A stretch of 64,000 bases of DNA, from NCBI GenBank assembly GCA_050633305.1, contig JBOEGF010000013.1:128001-192000 (forward strand). The letters are read 5' to 3'. The stretch comes from Nannocystales bacterium (lineage in GTDB: Bacteria; Myxococcota_A; Polyangia; Nannocystales; Nannocystaceae). Position numbers and translations under genes: made by a program. The notes under the pieces are model-generated. The model searched no databases. It had not been told where the DNA came from and was given only the letters and a program-made list of their open reading frames with translations. Position 1 is the stretch's first letter, and each line of letters opens with the position of its first letter. Below are positions 9,850-19,743 of this stretch, in pieces.

Positions 9850-11403
9850 ATGCGCCCGCTGTACCCCGCCCTCCTCGCGTCGCTGCTTGCCCTCAGCCCG
9901 CTTGCGTGCAAGCGCAGCGGCGGTACGGCCAAGGCGCCCGCCGACAGCACAACGGCGCGCCCCGACGCGCCCGCCATGCCCAAACCGCTGGCGCTCCCGG
10001 CCGAGCCAACGGCTCTCGTCCACGTCGCCGCACCCAAGCAACTCCTGCAAGAAGCCCTCAGCTACGCACCGGGTACGATGAGCGCGCGCGAGGCCGTCGG
10101 ACAGGCACTCAAGAACAGCGGGCTTGGATTCGAATCCCAGGTGTTTCAGCACGTCGGCATGGGCCGTGCCTGGAACATGGCCATCGTCAAGGGGCAGACC
10201 ATCGTCCACGTTCCAGTCATCAAGGGACATGAGGCTCAGCTTTCGGCCATGCTGAGCAAGCTCCCTCCTGCGGGAGAGTTTGGTGCGGTTCAGCTCACGC
10301 GGCCTCAGGGGCAGCAGGGGCCCAAGGTCGCGTTCTTCGACAAGCAGAACAACATGCTGACCCTCGCCGGCGACCTGCGAGGCATCGCGACGGGCCCCGA
10401 GCTGGGGCGCACCTACGGCAAGCAAGGGGTCCGCATTACGGTGACCGCCGAGCAGGCGGCTCGATACGGCGCCGACCTTGGAGCGCGCCGGGCCACGATC
10501 ACGGGCTCGGGAACCGACAACCTGCGCATCGAGCTCGAGGGGGCCCCAGCGCTGCCTTCCAGCCTTCGCATCACGGAGGGAGCCCTGACCGGACTCCTCG
10601 AGAGCGAGCAGATCGCACTGGGTGGCAGCACCAAGTACGTCGACTACAAAAAGGACATCGACGGGATCATGGCCCAGGGTCGCCGCCGGGTGTCCTCGCT
10701 TCCGGGCATGGCTCAAGGCAACGCCAAGGAGCTTCTCGGACGGGCTGGCGGACTCATGCGGACCTGGAACGGCCGCACGATGGTGGGCGTGGGTCCGGCC
10801 AATCACGTGCTCGTCGGCTTCGGAACCAACGACACCACCAAGATGAACAACTCCTCCCTGCACCTGATCCGCGGGGTGCAGTCCAACATCAAGACGATCA
10901 AGTCTCTCAAGAAGTTCGGGGTCAACATCCCCAACGTTCCCTCGGTCAGCTTTGCACCCAACAAGGCCAAGGTCGCGGGGCAGTCGCTGCACGTGGTCGC
11001 CCTCGAGAACGCGCGCAAGTACGTCCCCCCCGAGTTCCACAAGCTGCTGACCTCCAATGACCGCTTGAGGATCTCGATGGTGTTCCCCAAGCGCGCCGGA
11101 GCCGGGATGGTCGTCATCGGTCCCAACTCCGAAGCCGTGCTCACCCGTTGGCTTCAAGACACCCAAGGGGCAACGCCCGGCGGCAAGAGCCAGGGCCATC
11201 TCGCGTCAGCCACCGTTGCGGTCGGAGCCAAGGCGCTCGGACAACTCTCCTCGCCCGAGTTCAACCCAGCAACACTCATGGGCCTCAACGCCAACCGGGC
11301 GCCGACGAAGATCGTGGTCAAACGACAGGACCAGAACTACGTCATCAAGCTCAAGCGGGACAAAGCCGCGGGTGGCGGCAGCCCCAAGGTCTCCGCGCCT
11401 TAG
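9850..11403 (+). CDS. Hypothetical lipoprotein (basic)
   Basis: Long ORF with typical codon usage and a PLAC lipobox. No family recognised. Confidence 0.75.
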   Translation: MRPLYPALLASLLALSPLACKRSGGTAKAPADSTTARPDAPAMPKPLALPAEPTALVHVAAPKQLLQEALSYAPGTMSAREAVGQALKNSGLGFESQVFQHVGMGRAWNMAIVKGQTIVHVPVIKGHEAQLSAMLSKLPPAGEFGAVQLTRPQGQQGPKVAFFDKQNNMLTLAGDLRGIATGPELGRTYGKQGVRITVTAEQAARYGADLGARRATITGSGTDNLRIELEGAPALPSSLRITEGALTGLLESEQIALGGSTKYVDYKKDIDGIMAQGRRRVSSLPGMAQGNAKELLGRAGGLMRTWNGRTMVGVGPANHVLVGFGTNDTTKMNNSSLHLIRGVQSNIKTIKSLKKFGVNIPNVPSVSFAPNKAKVAGQSLHVVALENARKYVPPEFHKLLTSNDRLRISMVFPKRAGAGMVVIGPNSEAVLTRWLQDTQGATPGGKSQGHLASATVAVGAKALGQLSSPEFNPATLMGLNANRAPTKIVVKRQDQNYVIKLKRDKAAGGGSPKVSAP

Positions 11404-12749
11404 GGCCCCTCAGGGTTCGGGTGCTGAGCGTCCCAAGCCGCGCGGGCTCTTCGTTCCAGCTCGAGTAGGTGGGTGCGCCTGAGGGCATCCTGCTCTCGCT
11501 GCAGCCGCTCGAGTTCACGCGCCTCTTCGTAGTCCCCGTGCGGGCGCACGTTGGGCTCCAGCCACCGATGGAGTTCTTCCAGCCGTCTCCGGGTCCGGGC
11601 TGCGGCTCGGGAATAGCGAGGGTCGTCCGCCACTGCGTCGAGAAAGCGCTCGTAGTGTTCGACGGCCGCATGTAACTCGTTCAGCCCATCGGCATTGACT
11701 GCGGGGTAGATGTGGCGCTCGTAGAGCGTCGCGAGGTTGTAGTCGACCCGAGGATCCACAGGAGCGAGAGAGCGGGCCCTCGCGTAGGCATCCAGGGCCC
11801 CATCGAAGTCCTCGTCCCCGGTTCGTGCGACACCCAGCGAAAGCGCGACCAACACGGATCGGTCTCCGAGTGCTCGAGAGGCCACCTCGAGATGCTGAGC
11901 GGCCTCGTGAAATGCGTGGGTTCTCGCCAGCACGTACGCGGCGTTGATCCGCGGCGCGGCGGCCTGCGGGTCGAGCTTGATCGCGCTTCGGAACTCTCGC
12001 AACGCTCGCGAGATGTGCCCCTCATGGAGCGCGAGCAGGCCCGAGAGGTTCGCCGAATCCGCAGACCGCTCACCCCGCTCCATGTCGAGGCGCCAGGCCT
12101 CGACCAGAGCGAACCTCGCCAGGACCGCGTACGATGACTCCCCCTTGAGCGCGCGCTCGTAGTAGAGGTGCGCGAGTCCGGTGTGTGCGGTCGCGTCGTT
12201 GGGGTTGAGGAAGAGCGCCGCTTGGAACTGCTGCATGGAGGCGTCGAAGGCCGACTGCGCACCGCCGTCACGGTATCTCATCCGGTGGATATGGCCGAGG
12301 TTGACCCGGGCAGTGCGAAGCGACGCGTCGAGTTCGACCGCACGCCGAAGATGCCCCTGGGCCTCCTCCAGCAGACCGGACTCCGACGCGATGACCCCAA
12401 GATTGTTCTGCACGGCAGCCAACAGAGCGCCCTCCCCCGCCACGGTGGAGTACGTCTCCTGTGCTCGCTCGTTCTCGCCGCACCTTTGCCAAGCGAGGCC
12501 GACCCTGAAACGCAGCGTCTCGGCCAGTTGCGGCGCGGGTACATCCAGCTGCTCGGCGAACTCGCGACAGCGCTCCGCAGTCAGCTCTCCACGCACATGA
12601 GCCTCTGCGAACGCGGCGTACCGGTCCTCTATGGTGAGGGTCGCCGATTGCGGTCCTAGCGCCTTGGGGGAGTGGGATGAACTGACGGGGGGCCGAGCCG
12701 AACATCCGAAGGACGAGGCCAACGCCAACACGACCCAGACCCTCCGCAT
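11400..12749 (-). CDS. TPR-repeat lipoprotein (resembles GltE/AglT-type myxobacterial TPR proteins)
   Basis: SFGC lipobox and multiple TPRs (NNLGVI, ARVNLG, DYNLATLY). GltE similarity is an impression only. Confidence 0.75.
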   Translation of the reverse strand: MRRVWVVLALASSFGCSARPPVSSSHSPKALGPQSATLTIEDRYAAFAEAHVRGELTAERCREFAEQLDVPAPQLAETLRFRVGLAWQRCGENERAQETYSTVAGEGALLAAVQNNLGVIASESGLLEEAQGHLRRAVELDASLRTARVNLGHIHRMRYRDGGAQSAFDASMQQFQAALFLNPNDATAHTGLAHLYYERALKGESSYAVLARFALVEAWRLDMERGERSADSANLSGLLALHEGHISRALREFRSAIKLDPQAAAPRINAAYVLARTHAFHEAAQHLEVASRALGDRSVLVALSLGVARTGDEDFDGALDAYARARSLAPVDPRVDYNLATLYERHIYPAVNADGLNELHAAVEHYERFLDAVADDPRYSRAAARTRRRLEELHRWLEPNVRPHGDYEEARELERLQREQDALRRTHLLELERRARAAWDAQHPNPEGP

Positions 12750-12874
12750 CACCCCACAGTACGTTCAAGAGGTCAAAAGTTCCCAACCGTCCCACCACGG
12801 TCCTGAACGGACCTGTTCCGGGCCGGGGGTATCACTGGCCGGAAGCCCGACGTCGCCTTACAGGACGTACAGCT

Positions 12875-14122
12875 GTGAGCGTCCCGAAGATCACCCCAGA
12901 GTCGACTCCGCGCTCTCACCCCACATCCCCGCACCTTTCCGCGGTGCAAGAGGTCTACGATTTATGCATCGTCGGCCTCGAGCCGCATGGCATCCGGCTC
13001 GCGGCTCGCGGGGCTGGAGCATCGATGAGCGTGGCGTGCAGCGATCCGCGCCCAGAGGCCATCGAGCGATTCAACCGAGCCGACGTCGGGCACGAGACGG
13101 GGTTGGTCGACACCATCGAGGACGCGCTCGCCGAGCAGACCGTACGAGCGTTCATCGGCGCGGCGCGGGCGAGTGCGTTTGTGGTCAGCGTGCTCCCGGA
13201 GCTACAGGCCGACGGATACGTCGACTCAACACCGGTCGAGGACGCCATCGATGCCGTCGTGGACGCCGCCGAACCAGGCAACCTCATCGTGCTCGACACT
13301 CCCACGGCGCCTGGAACAACGCGCGATATCCTGGCAGAGAAGCTCGAAGCGGTAGGGCTCAATCCGGGAGAAGACGTCTTCGTGGCAACGGTCTGGGTCA
13401 CCAACGGCCGGTGCTTTGTCGGTGGAGTGACGCCGCGCTGCACGGAGCGAGCAGCCGAGCTGTACGGCTCGCTCTTCGAGTTCCCGATTCACGCCGCGAC
13501 AGCGGATGAGTGCGAGCTAGCCCGTCTGGCTCGTCGAACCCACGAAGAGATGAACGCCGCGTTCACCAACGAGCTCACGGCGGTGAGCAAACATCTCGGG
13601 ATCGACATCTGGAGCGTGCTCTCGCTGGCTCGCTCGGCTGGCTCTTCGACGCTCTCGGCCCCCTCACCCGGGCCCGCCGATGCCAACGCCCGGTTCGAGC
13701 CGCGCCTGCTTGCCGCGGCATGCGAACACGACACCGCCATCACCCGAGCAACGATCTCGGGCGGCGAACTCCAGCCCGCGCGCATTGCCGCCGAGGTCCG
13801 AAGCGCCGCCCGCCGGTTCGTCGCCCCCACCATCGCGTGCCTGGGCGTGGGCTCGGCGGCCGACGGGTCTGTCACGCACAGCCCGGCGATGCGGGTCGCA
13901 TCCCTCATCTCCCGCGGACAGGTCGGCCAAATGCTCGTCGTCGACCCCCGACTCAACGCGACGCCCATCCCCGGAGCGCGTCTCGTCAGCCTCACGGAGG
14001 CGCTCAAGAGCGCCGATATCGTGGTGGTTCTCAGCGATGAGCCCTCGTTCGTTGCGGCCCCACGCGAGCTCTACTCGCGACCCTCGGTCATCGACACGAT
14101 GGGAATCCTGATCCAGACGTAG
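12875..14122 (+). CDS. UDP-sugar (WecC/UDP-ManNAc-type) dehydrogenase homologue with degenerate catalytic motifs
   Basis: Family scaffold visible (LIVLDTPTAPGTT, NAAFTNEL, LGIDIW, IACLG, HSPA, VVDP, ADIVVVLSD, VIDTMG). GxGxxG, catalytic Lys and GGHC Cys are absent. Confidence 0.75.
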   Translation: MSVPKITPESTPRSHPTSPHLSAVQEVYDLCIVGLEPHGIRLAARGAGASMSVACSDPRPEAIERFNRADVGHETGLVDTIEDALAEQTVRAFIGAARASAFVVSVLPELQADGYVDSTPVEDAIDAVVDAAEPGNLIVLDTPTAPGTTRDILAEKLEAVGLNPGEDVFVATVWVTNGRCFVGGVTPRCTERAAELYGSLFEFPIHAATADECELARLARRTHEEMNAAFTNELTAVSKHLGIDIWSVLSLARSAGSSTLSAPSPGPADANARFEPRLLAAACEHDTAITRATISGGELQPARIAAEVRSAARRFVAPTIACLGVGSAADGSVTHSPAMRVASLISRGQVGQMLVVDPRLNATPIPGARLVSLTEALKSADIVVVLSDEPSFVAAPRELYSRPSVIDTMGILIQT

Positions 14123-14222
14123 CGGTCGTATCGATACGCGAGGTGAGACATCCGCTCCGAACCCAAGGACGTGGAGGTCCAACGTCGAACACCTCGACTT
14201 CGTGATAGCGTTCTGCCGTCCC

Positions 14223-14651
14223 GTGAAACGCATTCCAAGCATCGCGACGGCCATGACCCCGTTCCCCTACTCGATCGCATCGGACGCGAGTATTCCCGCG
14301 GCGGTCGAGATGATGAAAAACCACGGGATCAATCACCTGCCGGTGATGCGAGGGACCGATCTGATCGGCTTGCTGTGGAACCGTGATGTGCGGGTGGCGC
14401 AAGCGCTCAGCGCTGCCAACCACACGTTGACCGTCGAGCAACTGTGCAGCCCCGAGCCGTACATCGTCGAGCTCTCGGAGCGACTCGACCTGGTGGTCCT
14501 CCAGATGGCGGAGCGTCGCTCCGGCGCTGCAATGGTGACCCGGCAGGGAAGACTCGCCGGGATTCTCACCACGACCGACGTCTGTCGACTCCTCGGAGAG
14601 ACGCTTCGCGACGGGGCAGAGTTGCCCGACGACGACGGTGACGTCGCTTGA
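14223..14651 (+). CDS. CBS domain-pair protein
   Basis: MTPFPYSI, INHLPV...LIGLL, LAGILTTTD. Confidence 0.88.
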   Translation: MKRIPSIATAMTPFPYSIASDASIPAAVEMMKNHGINHLPVMRGTDLIGLLWNRDVRVAQALSAANHTLTVEQLCSPEPYIVELSERLDLVVLQMAERRSGAAMVTRQGRLAGILTTTDVCRLLGETLRDGAELPDDDGDVA

Positions 14652-15564
14652 CCTCATCCTGATGCTCGGCGGCCCGGTCGCGCTCGCGTTTGCGGTGGGC
14701 GTGGGGTTGTGGGCAGCCTCCCGTCCCGCCGGGTGGGTCCGCTCGGTCGGTGGAATTGCGGGACTTGCCGCGATCCCCGTGGCGATCTACGGCCTTGGCA
14801 TCCGGTACCGAGCGCCACCTCCCCCGGCACAACGAGTCCTTTCGCCAGGCATAGAATATCAGCGACTCGTGGTGGACGGACCCGCTGTGGTGCATCTGGT
14901 GCGCATCGACCTCGCGCGTCCCGACCTCATCCCCGTTGCGACCCCGCCTGCCGAAGGCAAGGCCGTCCCGGCGCAGCGTGTCTTGGATTTCGCCGTGGAA
15001 CAGGGTGCCGACGTCGCGATGAACACGGCGTTCTTCCACCCGTTCCACTCCTCGTCTCCGTTCGACTACTACCCCCGAACCGGGGATCCCACGGAGCCCT
15101 TCGGCGTCACCATGACCGACGGAGTCGAGTTCGGCGCCAACCGGTTTCACCGCGGTACGGTGTACTTGTCCGAGGACCAAGCCTCCCTGGAGCGCACCCC
15201 AGAGGCTCGCTGGGCGGTGACAGGACGCACGACCTTGGTTCGCGACGGGCACGCCCTCCCGGGCAACGAAACGACAACCGCCCCACGCTCCGCAATCGGG
15301 TACGACGGCGCTCGGCTCTGGTTCGTCACGGTCGATGGACGGCAACCCGGCTACAGCGAAGGCATGACCCTCGGTGCGCTCGGACGACTTCTCGCGGGGA
15401 TGGGAGCCCAGTGGGCCGTGGAGATGGACGGCGGCGGTTCGAGCACGCTGGCCGACACGACCGGCCCGAGTCCGAGGACCCTGAACTGCCCGATCCACAC
15501 CCGCATGCCCTGCCGCGACCGGCCCGTGGCCGCGCAGGTCGGGATCAAGCGCGTCGGCTCGTAG
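14638..15564 (+). CDS. Phosphodiester glycosidase (NAGPA) family membrane-anchored protein
   Basis: Two N-terminal TM segments. VHLVRIDL, AMNTAFF, PRSAIG, VTVDGRQ..YSEGMTL and EMDGGGSST motifs. Confidence 0.88.
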   Translation: MTSLDLILMLGGPVALAFAVGVGLWAASRPAGWVRSVGGIAGLAAIPVAIYGLGIRYRAPPPPAQRVLSPGIEYQRLVVDGPAVVHLVRIDLARPDLIPVATPPAEGKAVPAQRVLDFAVEQGADVAMNTAFFHPFHSSSPFDYYPRTGDPTEPFGVTMTDGVEFGANRFHRGTVYLSEDQASLERTPEARWAVTGRTTLVRDGHALPGNETTTAPRSAIGYDGARLWFVTVDGRQPGYSEGMTLGALGRLLAGMGAQWAVEMDGGGSSTLADTTGPSPRTLNCPIHTRMPCRDRPVAAQVGIKRVGS

Positions 15565-15588
15565 AGCAGACCCGCACATCCATAGGCG

Positions 15589-18042
15589 TCACTCCTCGGA
15601 GATGACTGGGATGCCGTCGACGTCGAAGAGCCCGCCGTCGATCGGCGCAACCTCGGGGCCCCGAGCGAACAAGCTCAGCGACTCCGGGTATCCAGCTTCG
15701 CGGTACTGACCCCGCCAGTTGGAGAACGTGTCCTCCAAGTCCATCGTCACGTCGAACCCGAACTCCGTCTGCTCGGCGGGCAGCATGGACAGCAGCACGT
15801 AGCCGACCGCTTGCTCAGCATGGGGTCCCCAATCGTCCGCATGCTCGACGAGTTCGTCGAACATGTCACGCATGACGTCAGCCCGCGCTTCGGGGAGAGA
15901 GCGGGCGGCCGCGTCCTCGTAGACAGGGCGGTTGTTTGCATCGACCGAAAAGCGAACTTCGAGGGTGTTCGCGCCGATGAGACCCACGGACTCCACGGCG
16001 GCATACTCGGACTCGAGCAGACGTCGGTACTGGTCTCCGTAGTCTTGAAACACAAGGCCCGCCCGCTCGGCGTCGTCCTGGATGTCGGACTGAATCTCGG
16101 CGCGCTCCGATGCGATCTTCGAGACCGAATCGTCGCGATCGATCTCGACCGCCTGAAGGTAGGCCGAAAGCGAGGCGGCAAAGTCGCCCGCGTTGCGCGT
16201 GAGGGCCAGCGCTTCCAAAGCCCGCTCATCAAGGCGGTAGTCCACGACTACGGAGGTGCTCGGCCCGGTGAAGCTCGCCTGGATCTCGAACGTCCCCTGA
16301 GCGAGGAGCCGGAGCTCGCCCAACGAACGGGCCACCGCAGCGACGTCCTCCGGTACCCCTTCGAGCACGCCGTCAAGGGCCGTCAGCCCTTCGGTTGTCC
16401 ACGCGGCGACCCGCGGGTCCGAGACTGCGTCGATCGGACAGTCGTCGAATGCCGCGCTTCCGCGGCAGGTCTCTTGCACCCATCGCTGCATCTCGTTCCC
16501 AGGGCCTTCAAGAGCCGCGATGGCCTCCACCCCCGCCAGCGCCAGCAGTGAACCGTCGATGTGGTCGACGAGCTTGTCGCGCTCCATCACCGCGTCGCCT
16601 TCGAGCAGCTGCACGACGAGGTTGGCCTCGCCACGCGCTTCGGCACCCGGGTTGGTGGGGTCGAACAGCAAGCCCGAAAGCCCCACACGCGTGTATCCGT
16701 GACGCGAGAACAGCCAGTCCCAATCCCGGCGCAGCGATTCGAACATCACGGTGCGGACGCCCGCGGGAGACTGCACCACGATCGTGCCCTGCTCTTCGAT
16801 CTTCCGGCGGAAAAAGGACATGCCGAACAGCTCGACGCCCGCCTCGGATGCACTCGACGCACCCGAGCGGAGCAAGTCCAACTCGGCGACGACTCCGGGC
16901 TCACCGCGATGCGACAGCGCCTGAGCCAACCGGATATCTCCACGCAGCGCTTGGGCGATCGCTGCGGTCAGCAGTTCCTCATCGCCACCAAGGTCGAACC
17001 GCAGCCGCGCGACCGTCATCCGGGACTGGCTCTCCGAGGACTTGGCGATCGCATCGATCAAGCTCAGTCGATCGTTGAGCTGTCTTTGGAGTGCCCGATC
17101 GACCAGCTGCCCAAGGTCCACATCGATCCCGGCGATGCTGACCTCAGACTCCAGAAGACCTTGCACACCCCAGCGGTCTCGGACAGCGAGGAACGCCGTA
17201 CGCTCCTTGACCTCCTGGACGCCGACATCAACGACCAGCTCGTCGCCATCCATCCGCAGGAGCTGTACGTCCAAGACGCCGCCGAGATGTGTTCTCAGGC
17301 CTGCGGACAGGACAACGTTGTAGGTGAGCACCGACGTGGGCTCGGCGATCAGCAGCGGAACCCCCACGCCGAGGTTCGCACCCAAGCTGCCCTCTCCACG
17401 AAGCGCCACGGCCTCGCCGGGCTTCATCGCGCGCAGGTCGCTGAGTGAGCGCGGGACGGCAAACTCTCGAAGCGACTGAAGGCGTTCGAGCGGGTTGTCG
17501 CTCTGCGCATCGTGAGCCGAGATCACGCGAGCCTGGATCGTCGCGTCGGCATTAAAGCCAACGCGTGCGGTGGACGTTCCGTCGGCAACAAGCCCTTCGA
17601 CCGAAGTTCCCCAATCGGCACCGACGCCAGGTTCGAGCACAAGGGAGGTCTCGGCGTACACAGTGTCGGAGGAGGACTGCAGGTGCTCCAGACGCAGCGC
17701 GTTGACCGAGGTCGTCAGCTCTCGTTCGCCGAACGCGGCGGCGAGGTCTCGGACGAGAGGATCGAGTTCGTCGGCGCTGTGGAAATCGACCGCGAAGCCG
17801 CCGAGGTCGCCGGAGGCCAGTACGCCGTTGAGCTCTTCGGTGACAAACGTCTTGCCGTTGTCGACCAGGTCGCCCAGATCCAACTCGGACGGATCCCGAA
17901 GCAGGGACCGGATCGAATCCAGCCCATCGCACTTGCCCCCACAGTCGACCGCGAGCTCCTGCTCTTGTGCCGCCGGCTCGGCCGAGTCACAAGCGGTCAA
18001 CAACGGAAGCGCGAACAGGACGTTCTTCAAGCTCAGTTTCAT
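15589..18042 (-). CDS. Large hypothetical lipoprotein with myxobacterial CGGKCD N-terminal motif
   Basis: LTAC lipobox and DCGGKCDG. 817-aa ORF with SD GGGAGG upstream. Confidence 0.75.
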   Translation of the reverse strand: MKLSLKNVLFALPLLTACDSAEPAAQEQELAVDCGGKCDGLDSIRSLLRDPSELDLGDLVDNGKTFVTEELNGVLASGDLGGFAVDFHSADELDPLVRDLAAAFGERELTTSVNALRLEHLQSSSDTVYAETSLVLEPGVGADWGTSVEGLVADGTSTARVGFNADATIQARVISAHDAQSDNPLERLQSLREFAVPRSLSDLRAMKPGEAVALRGEGSLGANLGVGVPLLIAEPTSVLTYNVVLSAGLRTHLGGVLDVQLLRMDGDELVVDVGVQEVKERTAFLAVRDRWGVQGLLESEVSIAGIDVDLGQLVDRALQRQLNDRLSLIDAIAKSSESQSRMTVARLRFDLGGDEELLTAAIAQALRGDIRLAQALSHRGEPGVVAELDLLRSGASSASEAGVELFGMSFFRRKIEEQGTIVVQSPAGVRTVMFESLRRDWDWLFSRHGYTRVGLSGLLFDPTNPGAEARGEANLVVQLLEGDAVMERDKLVDHIDGSLLALAGVEAIAALEGPGNEMQRWVQETCRGSAAFDDCPIDAVSDPRVAAWTTEGLTALDGVLEGVPEDVAAVARSLGELRLLAQGTFEIQASFTGPSTSVVVDYRLDERALEALALTRNAGDFAASLSAYLQAVEIDRDDSVSKIASERAEIQSDIQDDAERAGLVFQDYGDQYRRLLESEYAAVESVGLIGANTLEVRFSVDANNRPVYEDAAARSLPEARADVMRDMFDELVEHADDWGPHAEQAVGYVLLSMLPAEQTEFGFDVTMDLEDTFSNWRGQYREAGYPESLSLFARGPEVAPIDGGLFDVDGIPVISEE

Positions 18043-18165
18043 CGTCGGTCCCTCCCCAGGGTCGTGGAGGGTCGCATGAAACGACCTCTGAGCACCAACT
18101 GTAAGTGTAGGTGTTCAGAGGTGCGCGGAACCGGTCAGGCCCGCTCGCTCGGATCTGAGCGTCGC

Positions 18166-19620
18166 TCAGTCGCCCGTCGTGCCGCGATAGTGCGCTTCGT
18201 AGTGCTCGCGGAGCTGGGAGTAGTGCTTGTGCAGGGCTCCGTCGTTCTCCATGGCGTGCTTGCTGAAATACTGGCCCCACCACGCGCCGGCCATGCCCCA
18301 GTCCGCGGGGGTCATCCCAAAGCCGGCGAGGATCTCCGTGGCGTCCTGTCCTTGCTCGTATCCGACCGACTGCGCGACCTCGATCTCAACCCATTGCTCG
18401 ATCGCGATCGGCGGGTCGCCTTCGGGGTCTCCACCAGTCTCCATCGCCTCGGCCGCAGCTTCGCCCTGGGCGGCGAACTGCCCAGCCCCGCCGCCAGCGA
18501 ACGCTTTCCCGTACTCGGTCGCAATCGTCGCCGTGGTGTCGCGAGCCATCCGGTCGTTCCACTCGGCGCTGACGGCCTGCCAGGTCGCATCGTCGATCCC
18601 CAACTCGGCGACGATTTCTGCAGCGTCTCCACCCTGCGCAACGTAGGCCTGAGCCACAGCCCACCGCTGAAGGGTGATGCCGTGCACCGGTTCGAAGTCG
18701 CTGGCCAACTCGCCCTCGACCCGAGCCTGCTGATCCTCCCGCGTCTGATCGTTGGTCGCGTCGAGCTTCAGCTGCATGATCCCATCAAGCCCGCCGTAGC
18801 GAGACTCGGCGTCCTCGGACATGAAGTACCGCTCCATCGTCGAGGTGACTTGATAGAAGTGCTTTTCGTCGCGGATGCCGTACTGAGCCAGAGCCTCGCG
18901 GCGCTCGCTGTCATCCTCCCAGGCCGCACTGATGTGCAACTCGGCTCGGAAGAAGGCCTTGAGGTTGGTGTACGGATCGAACGTCGCGTAGTCGTCGATC
19001 TCCTCGAGTTCGTAGTCACGCTCGAAGTCGTCTTCGTCATCGGTGTCGACGTCGACCTCCTCATCATCATCGTCCTCGGACGCGGCCATATCCTCCACGG
19101 ACACGTCCGGCATTTCGAGAGCTGGCTCGGGCATCATCGAGGTGACGTCCTCCATCGCGAGTTCTTCGTCCAAGGGCTCGAGCTCGGGGGTCTGCTCCGA
19201 TGTTTGCGCCGCGATGTGTGCGGCGACGTTCGCCGGATCGTAGTCCTCGGGTACGTATGCCGCGGTCCGGTCCACTGGACTCTCCGCAAAGTCGTCCGCG
19301 CCTCCAGACTCTTCGAGCGTGGTGTCGAGTTCCTCGTAGCCTGAAGCCGGGTGCTGCGACTGCGTCGCGGCCGATTCCTCCTCGGAGATTTCGACTTCGG
19401 TGTCGGGCTGAAGCTCTTCGTACTCGTCGTAGACGGGCTGCGCCTCCTCGTAGCCTTCGGCTTGTACCGGCTGCTCCTCGTAGACGGGCTGCTCTTCCTG
19501 GTAGGCCTCACCGTACTCGGGCGCAGCTGCGACGCCGCCTGGCAGCGGCGGCGGCAAACCGGGCTTGTTGCCTGCGCGCCAATCAGAGATGTGCTGACAG
19601 AGGGTCTCGTAGTCGATCAT
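18166..19620 (-). CDS. Hypothetical protein: acidic disordered N-half plus repeated helical modules (DUF6620-like)
   Basis: E/D-rich region with EEQPVY repeats. Two similar modules (PVHGITLQRW...LGIDDATWQ..SAEW and PPIAIEQW...FGMTPADW..AGAWW). Confidence 0.7.
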   Translation of the reverse strand: MIDYETLCQHISDWRAGNKPGLPPPLPGGVAAAPEYGEAYQEEQPVYEEQPVQAEGYEEAQPVYDEYEELQPDTEVEISEEESAATQSQHPASGYEELDTTLEESGGADDFAESPVDRTAAYVPEDYDPANVAAHIAAQTSEQTPELEPLDEELAMEDVTSMMPEPALEMPDVSVEDMAASEDDDDEEVDVDTDDEDDFERDYELEEIDDYATFDPYTNLKAFFRAELHISAAWEDDSERREALAQYGIRDEKHFYQVTSTMERYFMSEDAESRYGGLDGIMQLKLDATNDQTREDQQARVEGELASDFEPVHGITLQRWAVAQAYVAQGGDAAEIVAELGIDDATWQAVSAEWNDRMARDTTATIATEYGKAFAGGGAGQFAAQGEAAAEAMETGGDPEGDPPIAIEQWVEIEVAQSVGYEQGQDATEILAGFGMTPADWGMAGAWWGQYFSKHAMENDGALHKHYSQLREHYEAHYRGTTGD

Positions 19621-19743
19621 CAGGCGATTCGGGCGCGTCTGCGCCAGCGGACTGCATGGTATCGACCTGCGCCCCGTCGCGAAACACCTACAATCCCGCA
19701 CCGGCTCGCCTGCACAGCGCACCGACTACGGTACCGTTCCGGC

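Noticed and set aside
19430..19510. Short repeats here and at 32040-32170 and 53560-53710 as possible CRISPR or mobile-element repeats
   Set aside because: All are in-frame low-complexity peptide repeats without unique spacers. No cas, transposase or integrase gene is present in the window.
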